64,000 nucleotides of DNA from Octopus sinensis (lineage: Eukaryota). Location of the stretch: the NCBI RefSeq assembly GCF_006345805.1, contig NC_043000.1:43214001-43278000 (forward strand), in the 5' to 3' direction. Of the stretch, positions 62,915 to 64,000 are shown one piece after another; the first letter of the stretch is position 1, and every line of letters begins with the position of its first letter. The translations under genes were made by a program, and so were the position numbers. Below the pieces are notes generated by a model, which was not told the DNA's origin, did not search any database, and saw nothing but the letters and a program-made list of their open reading frames with translations.

Positions 62915-63400
62915 GGCAGCGATGGAGGTGCTAATCCATCTGGTTGGATGTGTGAGGAGCAGTTTGTGAAATTTTTTCAACACTTTGTGAGGAATGTGAA
63001 ATGTTCAAAGCAGTCACTGTGCCTTCTCTTGCTGGACAATCACAATTCCCACCTTAGTATCGAGGGGCTGACTTATGCATCAGACAATGGCATCAGCATG
63101 CTTTCTTTCCCACCTCACTGCACACACAGGTTACAGCCGTTGGACAAAGCGGTCTATAGACCACTGAAGAAGTACACAAACACTGCCATTGATGACTGGC
63201 ATATTAACCATCCTGGCCAGACCATGAACGTTTATGACGTTCCATGTATTATCAAAACTGCATGGCCATTGACTGCAACTCCGACGCACATTCTTAGTGG
63301 CTTTTCTTCTACAGGAATATGCACTTTTAATCGCAACATTTTCACAGACAGCGACTTTGCACGAAGCTGTGTCACTGACCGACCGGATCCTGCACTTTCA
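62915..63400 (+). pseudogene. DDE_1-type transposase catalytic segment (inverted relative to the element ends)
   Basis: NPSGWM..F..LLLLDNHNSH..FPPHCTHRLQPLDKAVYRPLKKY..SGFSSTGI..NRNIF. Confidence 0.9.
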
Positions 63401-64000
63401 GCACAATGGGCCTTACGCACCTGCAACACAAGCACCATAGCCGCCAGGTCTTTTCTTATACTAACAGCACTACTATGATGTCATTAAATCGTCCGAAAGT
63501 AGTTTCACATTTTCTCTAGAGAAAATGTGTCAACTTGCCCCTGTAGTCAATTTGCCCCGGTCTCACCTACCTGAAAGAGTTTTCAAAGCTGATGCTACAC
63601 CGAAAACCCACTCATGCATTCCCCACACACATACATACACATATATATTAATAAATGTAAACATATATTTGTAGGTTAATAGTTAATCTTCAAACTTTTA
63701 TTTATTTCCATAGTTACGTTAGAATACATGTTGCAATGAAAATTAATTGCTTTTTTAGTATGTTAATAGAATAAAAGATTCTAATTTAATTAAGTATAGA
63801 ATCTATGATACAATATGCTATTGTAGTCTTGTCGTTTTGAAATTTAATACCGGAAGTACTTAGGTTAACCTAAGTCTAAAGAACAACATTATGTATCTTA
63901 ATGCAATAGATTATTTGGCAATGTAACCGGCATTAATTCACGATATTAAGATATAATGATGTATTTCCGTAAATAGATATTACATTTATATCTGACTATC

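Larger units (their letters stand above)
62313..63567 (-). mobile_element. pogo/Fot1-like DNA transposon derivative with TIRs, TA TSD, internal deletion and internal inversion
   Basis: TA-GAAGAGACCGGGGTTAGTTGACTACA at 62311 vs reverse complement TA-GGTGAGACCGGGGCAAATTGACTACA at 63569; second subterminal copy GGGGCAAGTTGACAC. Confidence 0.85.

Overview
AT-rich, microsatellite-dense eukaryotic DNA. The SINE families suggest an octopus/cephalopod genome (inference, not verified). I found no convincing host gene exon, RNA gene or CRISPR array; the window is mostly mobile DNA. The main signal is a connected set of Tx1-type (L1-group) non-LTR elements, all on the + strand. (i) A near full-length Tx1-A (41145-46354) and an internally deleted sister (3294-5962) sit at the same nucleotide of the tRNA-derived head of two different SINE1 copies, with the same ~16-bp TSD. 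(ii) An ORF1-only element (38277-39944) and a composite ORF1-only unit (33735-36534) have TSDs and Tx1-type 3' tails; the first is inserted in the head of a SINE2. (iii) A SINE2 subfamily has a 3' tail sharing 26 exact bp with the Tx1-A 3'UTR. (iv) A second Tx1 family sits inside a (TATC)n tract. Also present: Penelope-like RT and GIY-YIG relics with four hammerhead-ribozyme motifs, three Dong/R4 RLE LINE relics, CR1-group and RTE fragments, Tc1, maT, an internally inverted pogo-like element, a Helitron helicase fragment, MITEs and two long near-perfect palindromes. All alignments and counts were done by eye; coordinates of degenerate elements are approximate.
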